A stretch of 64,000 nt of DNA, taken from NCBI GenBank assembly GCA_964016885.1, contig OZ024748.1, forward strand, positions 32,116,001 through 32,180,000, written 5' to 3'. A program made the position numbers and the translations under genes. The stretch comes from Eledone cirrhosa. Its lineage: Eukaryota. Positions 1 through 13,481 of this stretch are shown in pieces (the first letter of the stretch is position 1; every line of letters starts with the position of its first letter). Under the pieces are notes generated by a model. The model saw only the letters and a list, made by a program, of their open reading frames with translations. It was not told where the DNA came from and ran no database searches.

Positions 1-1908
1 AAAGAGGTGGAAGTGGAGCCAAGATAGGTGAAGGAGTTGGTGCTAGTTATAATTTTACATTCATAAATTAAGTTTTTATCGAGGCAATGGTTGTTGAGAG
101 GACATTTATTTTTAATGCGGCAGTTGCAATTAGAGAGATTATTAATGAGTGATCTAGTGTTATCTATAGAAGGAATTGGATTGGAGAAGTTGTTTGCGAT
201 AGGAATAATAGGAATAATAGTTTCTTGATTTAGAGTTGGATTATGAACATTTAGCGAAGTTGTGTTTGACGTTGCATTTGGGTTTACAGAAGTTAGCCTA
301 GGGTTTACAATGACGTCAGGAGTACTATTATTGTTATTATGAGATTCAATATTGGAAGGAAGAGATTTAGTATTTAATATTTTGTTGTTGTGTTTAGAAA
401 TGATGTTGGAAATATTGGAGGATGTAGAATACGAAAATTTAATGGTGTGTTTGTTAAATATTTTACTATAGATATGTGAGGGAGGGAAGCATTTATTTAA
501 GGCACTAAAAAATAATTTAGGAATATTGTTATTAATAGAGATGGAGAAAGGAGCATTATACCAGATTATGTTTTTGTATCTAGGTCTTTTATTAAAATTA
601 TTGGAATGGTTATGATTAAATATTCTACTGTAAGTTTTCCTAGAATTTGTTTCTTTATTATATTTGATTTTATCTGGATAGCCAGCTTTAGAAAGTGCGT
701 TATTATAGTAATTGGCGTTAGCATCAAAGATGTTTTTATTAGAAGATATGTTAGATATTCTATTTCCAATATTATTAACTATAGCATTCTTGATATTGGT
801 AGGATGGTTAGATTTAAAGTTAACATAATTAAGATTCTCATTGTTTTTATGGTAAGGGTAATATAGGCCAGTGTCAAGATTAAGAGATACATCCAAGAAA
901 TTAGCTAGTTTGGTACTATTATCAAATTCAATTTTTAGGTTATGTTGGTTAAAGAGATTACGTATATTGTTCTTAATAATATTAAGTTTAACTATATTGC
1001 AATTTAGGATAGTAAAGAGTCCATCGTCACGATAAATTCCACCGCGAAGTTGAGGAATTTTCCGACTCAAAGAGTTCAAAATGAAGATACCAATTAAATC
1101 AGTCAATTGGGATGAATCGGATGCTCCCATTGTGATGTCGAAGTTGTTAGAGGTATCGGCTCTGGTCCAATATTCGTTGTTGAACTCTAGGATGGTTTTA
1201 CGTGCGGTGAGGATGATGTGAAGTTCATCTGTGGTGATGTCAGAATATTTAAGTGCGAAAGATAGAGCATTATTGAGAAGTGAAGGCGAAATGGAGGAAT
1301 AGTAGCTGGCAATATCGAATTGAATAAATTTTAGTTTGTTTTTATTATCCAATTTGTTGAACCAGCCAATCACTTCAGAAGTACCAAACCATAAATTTAG
1401 GTTTAAAGAAGAGCAATTAGAACTAACCTGTGGGATAATCCTATCCAAGATGGCTTTACTAACAACCCCCAGATCAGATTTAGAGGGGGCGATTAATCTA
1501 ACAGGTAGTTCAGTGCGAAAATTGTTTTTGTGATCCTTGAGATTTATCCTCGGAGTTCTTGGGAGGAATGGTTCGGTCTTTTTTTCAATGCCAAGTTTTG
1601 ACATAATCTCATAGGCTTCAAGGTTTATGCATTCTAAATTTTCATGGTTGGTTTTACGATACTTTTTCCTAAGTTCCTTTAGGATAAGGTTGTTATAATT
1701 ATCCTTGGAAATACCATATAGGTTATTGGTTTTGTCAGAGTGGACTAAAACATTTTTTGAGGAATTTAGGTTAGAGATTGTGTTCTTGAGATTTACAAGG
1801 TGCTCTTGTCCTTTGTAAGGGTATCTCTTGAATTTAAGATTTTTTATAATTTTAGTTAATTCTTCCTCGAATTGTGCTAGATTTTTGTTGGAAGGAGGAT
1901 TTCGTCTC
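1..1908 (-). mobile_element. Penelope-like element ORF (RT + C-terminal GIY-YIG endonuclease, Hydra-clade-like); 5'-truncated, runs off the window start
   Basis: Manual minus-strand translation in one frame: RRNPPSNKNLAQFEEEL (~1860-1908), FDITMGASDSSQLTDLIG (~1090-1143), GGIYRDDG (~1020-1043), CNCRIKNKCPLNNHCLDKNLIYECK...YLGSTSTSF (1-130). Probably absent from the ORF track because it reaches the window edge without a stop. Confidence 0.9.
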
Positions 1909-3088
1909 GTAAAACAATAACATTTGTTTTTGACATTTTGAATATTCATCCGCAATCATTATTATTTTTTTCCCTCTATCATAAATCTTTTTAATCTCAA
2001 TTTCATCCTTAATTTATTATTATATATATTTTTTTTAATATATACTCATATATTCTTTAAAATATACCCATCTACCTTACTTTAAAGGGCATTATACACT
2101 CTATAATACCCGTTTACTCATCACCCTCATTATATCTCTTCGTAAAACAATAACATTTGTTTTTGACATTTTGAGTATTCATCCGCAATCATTATTATTT
2201 TTTCTCTCTATCATAAATCTTTTTAATCTCAATTTCATCCTTAATTTATTATTATTATTTTTTTCTCCCCATCAACGAACTCATTATTAATACATATGAA
2301 TTCAATATAAATTTTTCTCAAATCCTATACATAAACATTTTCTCTTTGCTAATTTTAAGATTCCTACATTTCTCCTTTTGAATATTCACCCACAATTATT
2401 ATTTTTTTCTCTCTATCTCCATACATAATCTCCCTTCGTTATTTTTTTCTCTCTATCTCCATACATAATTTCCCTTCGTTAATTTTCAAATTCCTTTAAT
2501 TTATACATTATCTTCCAACGGTTCCCAACCTCTCTATATTAAAACATTATATCTTTTTCTCAGTTATAAAAACTATCTCTTTCTCTCTATCACCCATCTC
2601 TCCCTTTCCACCTTCACTCTCATCTCCTCCCCTTTTTTTCATCCTTTCCACCCCCACCCCTCCCTAAATATAATATATTTTTTCCTCGCACATATCCTCC
2701 CTTCGTTAATTTTCAAAATTTTTAATTTATACAGTATCTTCCAACGGTTTTCAACCCCTCTATATAAAATATATCTCCTCTCTGTTATAAAAACTATCTC
2801 TTTCTCTCTATCACCCATCTCTCCCTCTCATCTCCTTCCCTTTTCATCCTTTTCTCTCCCCCCCACTCTAAATAAAATATTTTTTCCCAATATCACACAT
2901 CAATCTAAAACCACTTTTCATATGTTGATTTAAAACTGCACTATCAACAAGTGTTTTTTTAGCCTTCATATCATGTTCTCCTGTTTTATCTGATGAAAAC
3001 ACAAATATTATTGTTTGATGATGTTTGTTTTTGAAATGCGCATAATAAAATATATTGAACTCCTTTAACCATCTTTTGATCTTATATT
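1908..3088 (+). mobile_element. Inverted 3' UTR/pseudo-LTR of a Penelope-like element, ending at (TA)n
   Basis: Pyrimidine-rich segment with internal direct repeats (1908-2030/2141-2260; 2470-2690/2700-2890). Its last ~200 bp match the 3' end of the PLE at 22701-22860 in reverse complement and contain a hammerhead motif. Confidence 0.75.
2984..3050 (+). ncRNA. Minimal type I hammerhead ribozyme (PLE-associated)
   Basis: ttttat-CTGATGA-long stem II-GAAA-tgcgca-TA-ataaaa. Stem I is ttttat/ataaaa, stem III is palindromic ATGCGCAT, cleavage triplet AUA. Confidence 0.8.
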
Positions 3089-3530
<442 letters not shown>

Positions 3531-3575
3531 AGCGATTCTTTGCTTAAACTTTAATCTGTTATTTTAATAAATATA

Positions 3576-4848
3576 TCTCTTTTACTCTTTTACTCTTTTA
3601 CCTGTTTCAGCCATCCGGCTGAGGCAATGCTGGGGCACCGCCCTTGTTGCTACACATTTTATCTCCAGCCTGTATAGGTTGGCCACTGGTGTAGGAGGGA
3701 GTTTGTTGCTGCTGCCCTTAGGTTTCCCTCATGTCTTGCTGTGGGCTCATCCGGGATCCTGGATAACAAGGTGTCGAGATGTTTCTTAAAGACATCCACC
3801 TCCACGTCATGCAAGTCTCTCAGATGCCTCGGCAGCCTGTTGAAGAGTTGAGGGCCCTTGAATCCCAGGCTATTGCAATACCTGCTCCTTATTCTAGATG
3901 TGGAAGACGGGACCTTTGGCACCACACAGTGACGTCCTGTTCGACGGTTGGTCCAGCTCCCAATGCCAAAGTTTGGTGCTAGTCCCTCCAGGATTTTCCA
4001 CATGTAGATCACTGCGTATCTCTCCCGTCTTCGCTCTAAGGAGTAGAGGTTCAGTTCCTTCAGCCTCTCCCAGTAGCTTGTCTCCCTCATCTTGGCAATC
4101 CTCTTGGTGTAGCTTCGCTGGATTGCCTCAAGCTCCGTGGTTAGTTTGACACTATGGGGTGACCACAGCTGGGAGCAGTAGTCCAGGCGGCTTAGGACAA
4201 AAGTCCTCCACAGTGTCAACATGGTGTCTCGATCTCTTGTAAGGAAAGTCCTCAAGATCCAGCCAGCGAATCGTCTACATGTTGTCGCCACCTTCATGAT
4301 GTGTGAAGAAAAAGATGCATCATCGCTCATGTCTATGCCCAGGTCTCGTATCGATTTTGACACGGGGATATCGGTCCCTCCTGGTCCTGTGTAGCTGTGT
4401 TCCACTATATTTGTGTTTGCAGGTTTGTATTGTAGGGCTTGGAATTTGCCAGCATTAAACTGCATGTTGTTTTCTTCCGCCCATCTGTATATGGCATCCA
4501 GATCCTGCTGTAAAAGGGCAGCGTCAGCCGGGTTTTTGATTGCCTGTGCTACCTTAGTGTCATCAGCATAGCTAGTGAGGGATGTTGTTGCATGCACCAC
4601 AGAGGGCATGTCCGAGAGAGCCACCAAAAACAGTAGTGGTCCCAGGACTGTCCCCTGGGGCACCCCACTTGTTATTGGTGTTTCCTTTGAGAGGGCCCCA
4701 TTTGCTGCGACTGCCTGGCTTCTGTCCCTTAGGAAGCCATGCAGCCACTCACCTACTTTTCCAGTTATGCCGAGTCCGTGTAGTTTGTGACATATCATTC
4801 CGTGGTCGACCTTGTCAAAGGCCTTCGCAAAGACAAGATATATCACGT

Positions 4849-4850
<2 letters not shown>
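3576..4850 (-). mobile_element. 5'-truncated CR1/Jockey-group LINE (RT C-terminal half plus 3' tail)
   Basis: ORF 3659-4852 has KAFDKVDH, SGVPQGTVLGPLLF, YADDTK and LYSLERRRER. The 3' stem-loop cagcc-ggat-ggctg is followed by a (TAAAAGAG)n tail at 3576-3600. Confidence 0.9.
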
Positions 4851-4913
<63 letters not shown>

Positions 4914-4916
<3 letters not shown>

Positions 4917-5420
4917 TGGCTGCCAACTCGTTTTCGAGTACGGCCACTACTTTATATCCATGTAGGAGAACCCCTACCGATGCGCTGAACGAGTGTGACT
5001 TTTTAGTCCAGCCAGCGACTTGAAAACTCTGGCACAAACACCCCACTTGTGACCATTATTGACATATAGTGCTGGGCCCATGGTACATGTGATGACAAGT
5101 GCAGAGATATCTCCAGATATAAAGCAATGCCTGTGCCGTGAAGCTTTTATAGTGAGCAAAGGCACTGCACAAAGCCAGTCCCACTCTCTTAACCAAGATG
5201 ATATTTACCAAAAAGAAGAACAAGTCAACATCATTGGATACCATCAGGGTTGCAGGTGTTATATCAGAGTTTTCCTTCTCCTAGAATTCTGCCTTGACAA
5301 AGGCTAAGAGGTCATCTCTCCCTGTGATTTTGGATGGCCATTGACTCTTAAGAGCTCCTTTGCCCTTTGACAGGTCCTGCAGGATGTCCAAAGTCACCCT
5401 CCTCACCAAGAAACCTTGGT
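4914..5420 (-). mobile_element. Internally deleted RTE-BovB-like LINE fragment (3' end)
   Basis: C-terminal finger remnant VCARVFKSLAGLKSHTRSAH. The 3' end ggccgtactcgaaaacgagttggcagccaccat matches 59302-59336. Confidence 0.65.
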
Positions 5421-5560
5421 GGGGTTGCCAGTTTAGTCGCCAACGACCCGACCATGAGACAGGTTGTACTGGGATACATGTTACCAGTAGCACCAACTGG
5501 TGACCAACTGGTGACCTGACATATATATATATATATACATACATACATACATATATATAT

Positions 5561-6320
<760 letters not shown>

Positions 6321-7018
6321 ATTTCCTTTCAATACGACTATGTCTGGATCAAGCTGTGAAATAGGGATTGGGTAACTGTATTTCAGGGAGCTGTTTTGAT
6401 ATTGAAGGGACATCTGTTGGTGTAGGATTTCGTTGGTGACATAATAAGGTTCTAATACTGTAAAGAGCTACCTTAAACACTGTCTGGAACATGTTTTGGA
6501 GACATGATCATAAAGCCATGCATAGAGAAACAGTCAGCAAAGTTAGGATTAACATTGACTATATTGAAGAAATATATTTTTCCAATGTTGTTATATTTTC
6601 ACTTGTATATAATTACTGTATCGTTGAAGGGTTCACATAATTCTATTATTTACACACATTAATATAGGCATTAAGTAAATTTTTGTCAACTTATCAACTT
6701 ATCAATGTGTTGTGTTAATTTTTACTAAACAACAAAAGAAATAATCTCTTGTTTTTGTGAGCTCACAAATACTAGATGGTGTCGGACTGAAGAAAGGAGA
6801 GATACTAAATAAAAGCCCTGTGACAAAAGAGCTTTGACAATAAACAAATAAACTAACCAACTGGATGTTTATAATAAATTGAAGAGTAAACCAACATTTG
6901 CTTGATTATTTTTTATTGGCAGCATGACTCCCCTAAAGTATAACAATATCTGTTTCAACGCAAGTTTTCAGATAAGAAACCTTACTTGACAAATACAAAA
7001 ACGGAGTGGGTGTGTGTG

Positions 7019-7095
<77 letters not shown>

Positions 7096-7136
7096 ACGTA
7101 CACTCACACACATATATACATACACATATATATATG

Positions 7137-7296
7137 TAAAAGGTAAATAGAAATAACAACACAATCGGTGCAGTATATGGAAGTAATATATTAATTAGGT
7201 TAACACTTGAAATAGCACCTGCTATTTCAAGTGTTAACCTAATATATTCCTTCCATATACTGCACCGATTGTGTTGTTATTTCTCTTTACCTTTTA
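7137..7296. repeat. ~78-bp-arm inverted repeat made of two oppositely oriented PLE 3' termini
   Basis: aaaggtaaatagaaataacaacacaatcgg...gaaatagca followed by its reverse complement. Same family as 46612-46760 and 50078-50250. Confidence 0.85.
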
Positions 7297-7399
7297 GATA
7301 TATATATATCAACTCTTATGTGGACCCCTCAAATTCGTTGGATCTTCACTCTGAAACTGGATACCAGCCCGGAGTTTACCTGAACTTCCACCAGGAAAT

Positions 7400-7580
7400 A
7401 TTTTCATATCACTGATATTTTCTTTGCTCCTTGCATTATATAGAGTTACCTCCCTTTATGATCTGAGTTCAAATCCCGCTGAGCTGAGGTTAACTTTTCA
7501 TCGTCATGGGGTCAACAAAATAAAGTACCAGTAATGCACTGGGATAATTGCTGGCCTTGTGCCAAAAGTAGAAACAATTA
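7400..7580 (+). mobile_element. tRNA-derived SINE (family A)
   Basis: B box gagttcaaatccc, central tttcatcg...ggggtcaacaaaataaagtaccag, end ccaaaagtagaaacaatta. Homologous copies at 35245-35410, 42663-43110 and ~61250-61305. Confidence 0.7.
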
Positions 7581-7589
7581 TATATATAT

Positions 7590-8131
7590 ATGCAATAGCT
7601 GAACTGAGGGTCTGGTGTGTGAAGGGTTTGGTGTGGCCAACTGTCCTGTCCCTCTTCATAGTGGTATCATTTGTCCCTTTGTATGGTGGTACCATCCAAC
7701 ACCAGACTCCCAAACTGTGGTACTACATCTGTCCCTCCTCATAGTGGTGTTATCCAGTACCGGGCCCCCAAAACTGTGGTAATGTTGTGTGTTGGGTTAG
7801 GCCACCCCTCATCACGGTGCCACATAGTACCGGGCCCCCAAAACTATGGTAATGTTGTGTTGGGTTTGGTCATCCTTCATCACGGTGCCACACCGTACCA
7901 AGCCCCCAAACTGCAGCTACCCTGTGAGATAGGTTAGGCTCTGAAAACTTGGTTTCGTTGTGAGACAGGTTCGGCATGGCCAACTGGTCTGTTGCTCCTC
8001 ATAACGGAGCCATCCAGTTCCACACTGTAAACGTGGTTGGTGTTAGGAAGGGCATCCAGCTGTAAAATACCCTCCAAATGTACAGTCCTCACTGGAGTAA
8101 GGTACGACACAAGTCCAACCTTGGCCAGACT
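7590..8131 (+). mobile_element. RTE-tail-related non-autonomous element, left part (continues at 12418-12493)
   Basis: Internal ~80-bp repeats and tgttaggaagggcatccagctgta. Colinear with the unsplit copy at 29290-29785. Confidence 0.7.
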
Positions 8132-11100
8132 TATAACGAAGATTACGTGTCGCTGGAGATAATATTAAATTTATCGATTCAGAAGGCAATGACAAAAATG
8201 ACAATCCGTTATAACAACAATTCCCTTTTATTTGTTGTACAAATATGGAATCGAAAATAACAAGAGAAGGTTGAGCAAGTCTTCACATCGTGTTGGCTGC
8301 ATGGACGTCTTGATGCTGGTCATTCAGTGAACTCTATGTGTCTCTCTGCCTGTCAGCCAACTGTGTCTCTGGTCCAAGTAGTCCCGCAACTTGTCTCGAT
8401 CCGCTGAGGGCCCTGATTGGCTACTTCAGCCAATTCACCTCTGTGACACCATTCTTCCACCAAAGGAAAATATATAATAATTCTGTTCACTACAGTACCC
8501 TCTGTTTAGATCGAAGATCGATATCAATACATGAGTACTGCTAAATATGCAATATGTCTACATGACATCAAACAATAAAAAATCATCGGGAACACCGAGA
8601 AAAGATACATGCATGAATACAACCAAGAAAAATGAACCATAACATAATTGAACAAGCAAAAGTAATTGTTTACATAAGAGTCAAAAGTTTCATAAGAGTC
8701 ATATATAAATTGTTTGACTCAATCTCTGAGGCCAATGTACTCTACGACCACTACGAGTCGTCGTAACACATGTGGGTGAAGGTAATGAAGGTGTGTGTGA
8801 TGTTGTGGGTGAGTATGCTTGTGAAGGTTCAACATGCAATGTATTGTATGTGGGGGGGTGTATGGGTTCCACTGGTGGAGCGTCTGTAAAGGCCTGTTTA
8901 ATCCTATCTACAGAAACTGTGTTTCCTACTACAAATGTCTATGGTAAAAAGTATGTAGGGTCCAGTATAGGGTGGCACAAGTGGTCCTTTCACTGAGTCT
9001 TTACGTAGAAAAACGTGAGTCCAAGAAGTAATGTTTTTAGGAACCGAAGATTTAATCGTCTGTTGACGTGTTCCCATAGGCAAAAGATAGTTGAAATATG
9101 ATCGCAAACGGTTAATATATAATGTCGGATCTTTCAGCAATGAGTCGACTGGGACTAACATCTGTCCCGGCAATGATAAAGGTGTTCTGTACAGCAATTC
9201 CGCTGGGGAATATCCGAGATCCTCCCTGACCGCCGCGCGACAGCCAAGAAGAACAATTGGTAGATATTCACTCCATTTTTGCTAGTCGGGATAAGCACGC
9301 AATGCTGCTTTTAATTGTCGATGAAAGCGTTCTATCATGCTATTTGACGGCTGATGGTAACTAGTAGTTCTAATACAATGTATCCCTAAGATTTTAGAAA
9401 GTTCATGGAAGAGATGTGGTTCAAATTGACCGCCACGGTCAGTGGTGATCGTGGAAGGAACACCATATTGTGAAATCCAGCCAGACATCAGAGCTCGTGC
9501 TACCGATTCTGCTGAAATCTCTTCGAGAGGAATGGCTTCAGGTCAACGTGTAAAACGGTCGATACACGTAAGAACATATGTATATCCATGACTGACCGGC
9601 CAAAGTCCAACTAGGTCGATTTGAATATGGTCAAAGAAGGCATGAGGAGTGTTGAATGTGCCCAGAGGTGCTCGAATGTATTTGTGCACCTTAGACTTCT
9701 GGCAAGGTATGCAGGAACGAGACAATGCAGTGATATCTCGTCTCATATTTGGCCAAAAGAATCTGGCCGTAATGAGTTTCACTGATGAATAGATTCCAGT
9801 GTGTGAGAGGTTGTGTAACATGTCGAAAACTGTTCGCCGATGAAGTTCCAGAACGAAGGATTGAGGTGAATCAGTCGATATGTCACACAGGATGCTTGTG
9901 TCAGAATTGTGTACAAGTAATTGTTTGAATTTGCACGTTGCAAATTCGGTTGCAGATAAATCCAATTCGCCCAAAGCAGGCTGGTCAGCAGCGAGCAAAC
10001 GTAGATCAATATCCGTTTTTGTCGATAGTGAGTTACAGGTAAACGAGATAATGCATCTGCCGCTAAATTCTGTGATCCAGGAATATGGCATATATCACTA
10101 GTGAATTGTGATACATAATCTAAATGTCGAGTTTCACGTGGCGAGTATCTTTCGGGTTTCGCTTTGAGAGCAAATGTCAAAGGATGATGGTCCGTGAAGA
10201 TCGAATGCTGGAAGTGTTTGATTGCCAAATACATTGCTAACAGTTCTCTGCCGAAAGTACTGTATCGGGTTTCAGTGGGTTTAAGCTATTTTGAGAAATA
10301 TGCAATTGGTTGCATCTTCTGGTTGTGGTACTGCTGCAAAACTGCACCTACTGCATCAACGACCAGTGAAAACTGGGCATCAGGCACAGGATGTGCAAGC
10401 AGGGTGACATCAGCTAATTCCTGTTTGACTCTGGAATAAGCTTCGAGTTGAGCAGGGTCTAAAGAAAGATTCGTTTTTCTTTTTTCGATTCCGCAAAATG
10501 TGTAATAAATCGACGGTAATAATTTAGCAGTCACAAGAACTGACGTAATTGACGTAATTATGTAGGAGGAGGTAATTCCTGAAGAACTTTCACTTTATCC
10601 GGTGGAGGTGATATGCCTGTAGGACTATGTGTCCTAGAAAAACTAGTGAAGACGCACCAAATATACACTTTGCGGGATTAATGCGAACTTGGTACTTCTT
10701 AAACTGTTGAAAAAACAAACGAAGGTGTTTAACATTTCCTCTGGAGATGTGCTATCAACGAGTACGTCGTCTATATAGCAGTAAACAAAATCCAGGTTTC
10801 TGGTGATTTCGTCCATGAAGCGTTGAAAGGTACTAGCAGCGTTGCGTAGACCAAAGGGCATCGCTAGGAACTCAAAAGCACCAAAGGGTGTAGTGATAGC
10901 AGTCTACGGAATATCAGCTGGATTAAGTGGCATATGATGATACGCTCTGACTAAATCCAGTTTAGAAAAAACTGTGCATCCATGTAAGGAAGAAGCAAAA
11001 TCATGGATGTGTGGGATCGGGTACAGTCATCGCGTTTAATCGGCGAAAGTCCCCAGTCGGACGCCAATCGGAACGCTTTGGAATCAAATGCAAAGGAGAG

Positions 11101-12417
11101 GCCCACGAACTGGAGGAAGGGCGTATGATCCCCAGCTGTAGCATTTGGTTAAATTCAGCCTTCGCCGCTTTCAATTTCTCTGCAGGGAGGCGGCGAGGGC
11201 GTGAAGATACAGGAGTTTCAATATAATGTTTCAATATAATGTTTTGTGGAGTGAGTAGGCTTGCTCACCATAAAATTCAAATTTGTCAATTCCGGGAAGG
11301 AATTTAGAAGCGACTGGAAAGGGTCCTCAGAAGCGGCGATAAAGAATACCGGGCTGATAGATGAGACAGTAGATCTCAAACCCAGAATGGAGAGTTCCGT
11401 ATGAGCATCCAACAACCGGCGTCTGCGCATATCTACTAAGAGGTTATAGTGGTGCAGGAAATCCGAGCCTAGAATAGGGTAAGGCAAATCCGCGACCGTG
11501 AAAATCCACGTGAAGTCTCTTCGCAATTCCAGGTTCAAAGAACAAGAAATTTGACCATACGTGGAGATAGGAGAATGATTTATGGCTTGCAGAGAAATAG
11601 ATGAAACTGGCGGCTTCTCTTTGAGAAGTTTTAGCGGCCATATACTGCAAGCAGCACCTGTATCCACCAGACATCGAGCTTGGGAAAAGGTGTCAGTTAT
11701 GAAGGATGCACGATTATTTGGGAGTGTCAGAGGAGACTGTGCCGTGCTCAGGTCTCCTGAAATTAGTTTCCCTGGATGGAAAAGGAACAGGGCTGTCTAC
11801 AAGAGCATGCCGCCGTGCCAAAACGGCTGTGATAGTAGCACAGTCCTGGTTTGTTTGTGTGGCAACGGCGTGGCGAGGGCAAACGGCTCTGTAGACAGCG
11901 TTTGCGCGAATGAGCCCTGGGTAAACTCAATTTTCTCACCTCTTTGGTGAGTTGTGCTATGGCTTGAAGAATTGCCGTAGACGTGAACAACTGATCGGTG
12001 TGAACGGCAGCTGCTGGAGAGAATGGAGAGACCTCAGCCAGCGACTGAGGTCCGCCGAAGACGCCAGTTACTTGACTGAGCTAGTCTCCATCATAGGCGC
12101 CAATATCGCCTGGACATTGGGCGGCAGCCTCGAAAAGAAAAGCTGTCTCATGAGGGCGCTATCAGCTGGAGTGTCCTCCGCCAGTTCTTTCATCCGACGC
12201 AGCAACTGGCTCGGCGTCCGATCACCCAAATGCTCGTCATTTACTAGGGTTTGAAACCTCCTCTCTGCGGACAACGTGGTACGCCGCAGCACCTCGCGCT
12301 TAACGCTCTCATAGATGGCTCCAGGGGCCGGATCAGTAATTAGATCCTTAAGCACTGTCATTAAAGAAAATACATTTAACCACAAAGGAAAATAATATAA
12401 TAATTCTGTTCACTACA
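8132..12417 (-). mobile_element. Degenerate Gypsy LTR retrotransposon (gag-PR-RT-RH-IN); 3' LTR 8132-8494, 5' LTR reduced to ~35 bp; TSD GACT
   Basis: ORF fragments: gag with CYYHSRFG...C, DTGA protease, MPFGLRNA...YIDD RT, RNase H, integrase (H..H..C..C, TDRGGQF, ERFHRQLK). The LTR end ttctgttcactaca occurs at 8494 and 12417; GACT lies at 8128-8131 and 12418-12421. Confidence 0.92.
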
Positions 12418-13146
12418 GACTTGCCTCTCGGCATGGACGACCCGTCTAACCCATGCAAGCGTTGAAAAATTGACATTAAATGAAAATGATGATTTATATA
12501 TATATACCATTTGAATTTAATATATACTCCCGTAAGGTTGAGTAAAACTTTAGGCAGTATTCGGCTGCGCTTTCTAACAACCAGCCTACTCGCCGACAGG
12601 CACCAATCACAAATTTTCTGACTTGACCACTGGCTACGTGATGGTTCTTAGCCATTTTGAATTCATTTCTGGCGCGGATCATGGTAGAAGAATCTCAGTC
12701 CAGTCTGAGGTATCTCGTGATGAGTTCCGAGCTGATTTATCCAAGACCGGATATATCCAAAAAATTTATGTGCATTTTTTCTTCTAACTTCAATTTTGTA
12801 CCTAATTCCGTGTAGTTAACTATTTGTCTAGTCAATTTCGACAGGCTAGGAGAAATACTAGGTAAACGTCATATAGCTGGACATCGCGGAAAAGAATATG
12901 TATCATTTACCTATTGTTTCTTCATAAGTACATTTCAAACTTATAGCCTCGATTAAATGATTTTTTGTGTGGTTAATTTATACTGATTGGGAGAGGAAAT
13001 ACTGGATATATTTTATCTAATGATTCTTTGGACTTACATTTTTATATATATATATATATATTTATTTATATACATACATGCATAAGTAACAATTATACAT
13101 ACACAAACATATATTTAGATAGATGCATCCACATATATTCCTATAC

Positions 13147-13227
<81 letters not shown>

Positions 13228-13481
13228 CATAAAGGTACATACATACACATATGAACACGGACATTTGTATATATAAAATACGTAAATACATAAATATATA
13301 TATATATATACATATATCTATACATTTATATATTACGAGTATGTACTTTAGATGTGGAGGTATAAGTTAATATATTGTCTATTATCGATAAGGTTAAATC
13401 TGTCAAACCAACGTGGTCTGTCTACCCTCGTAATTTTAAACAGACAATTTACTGTTTATTACTACATATATTATATATATA

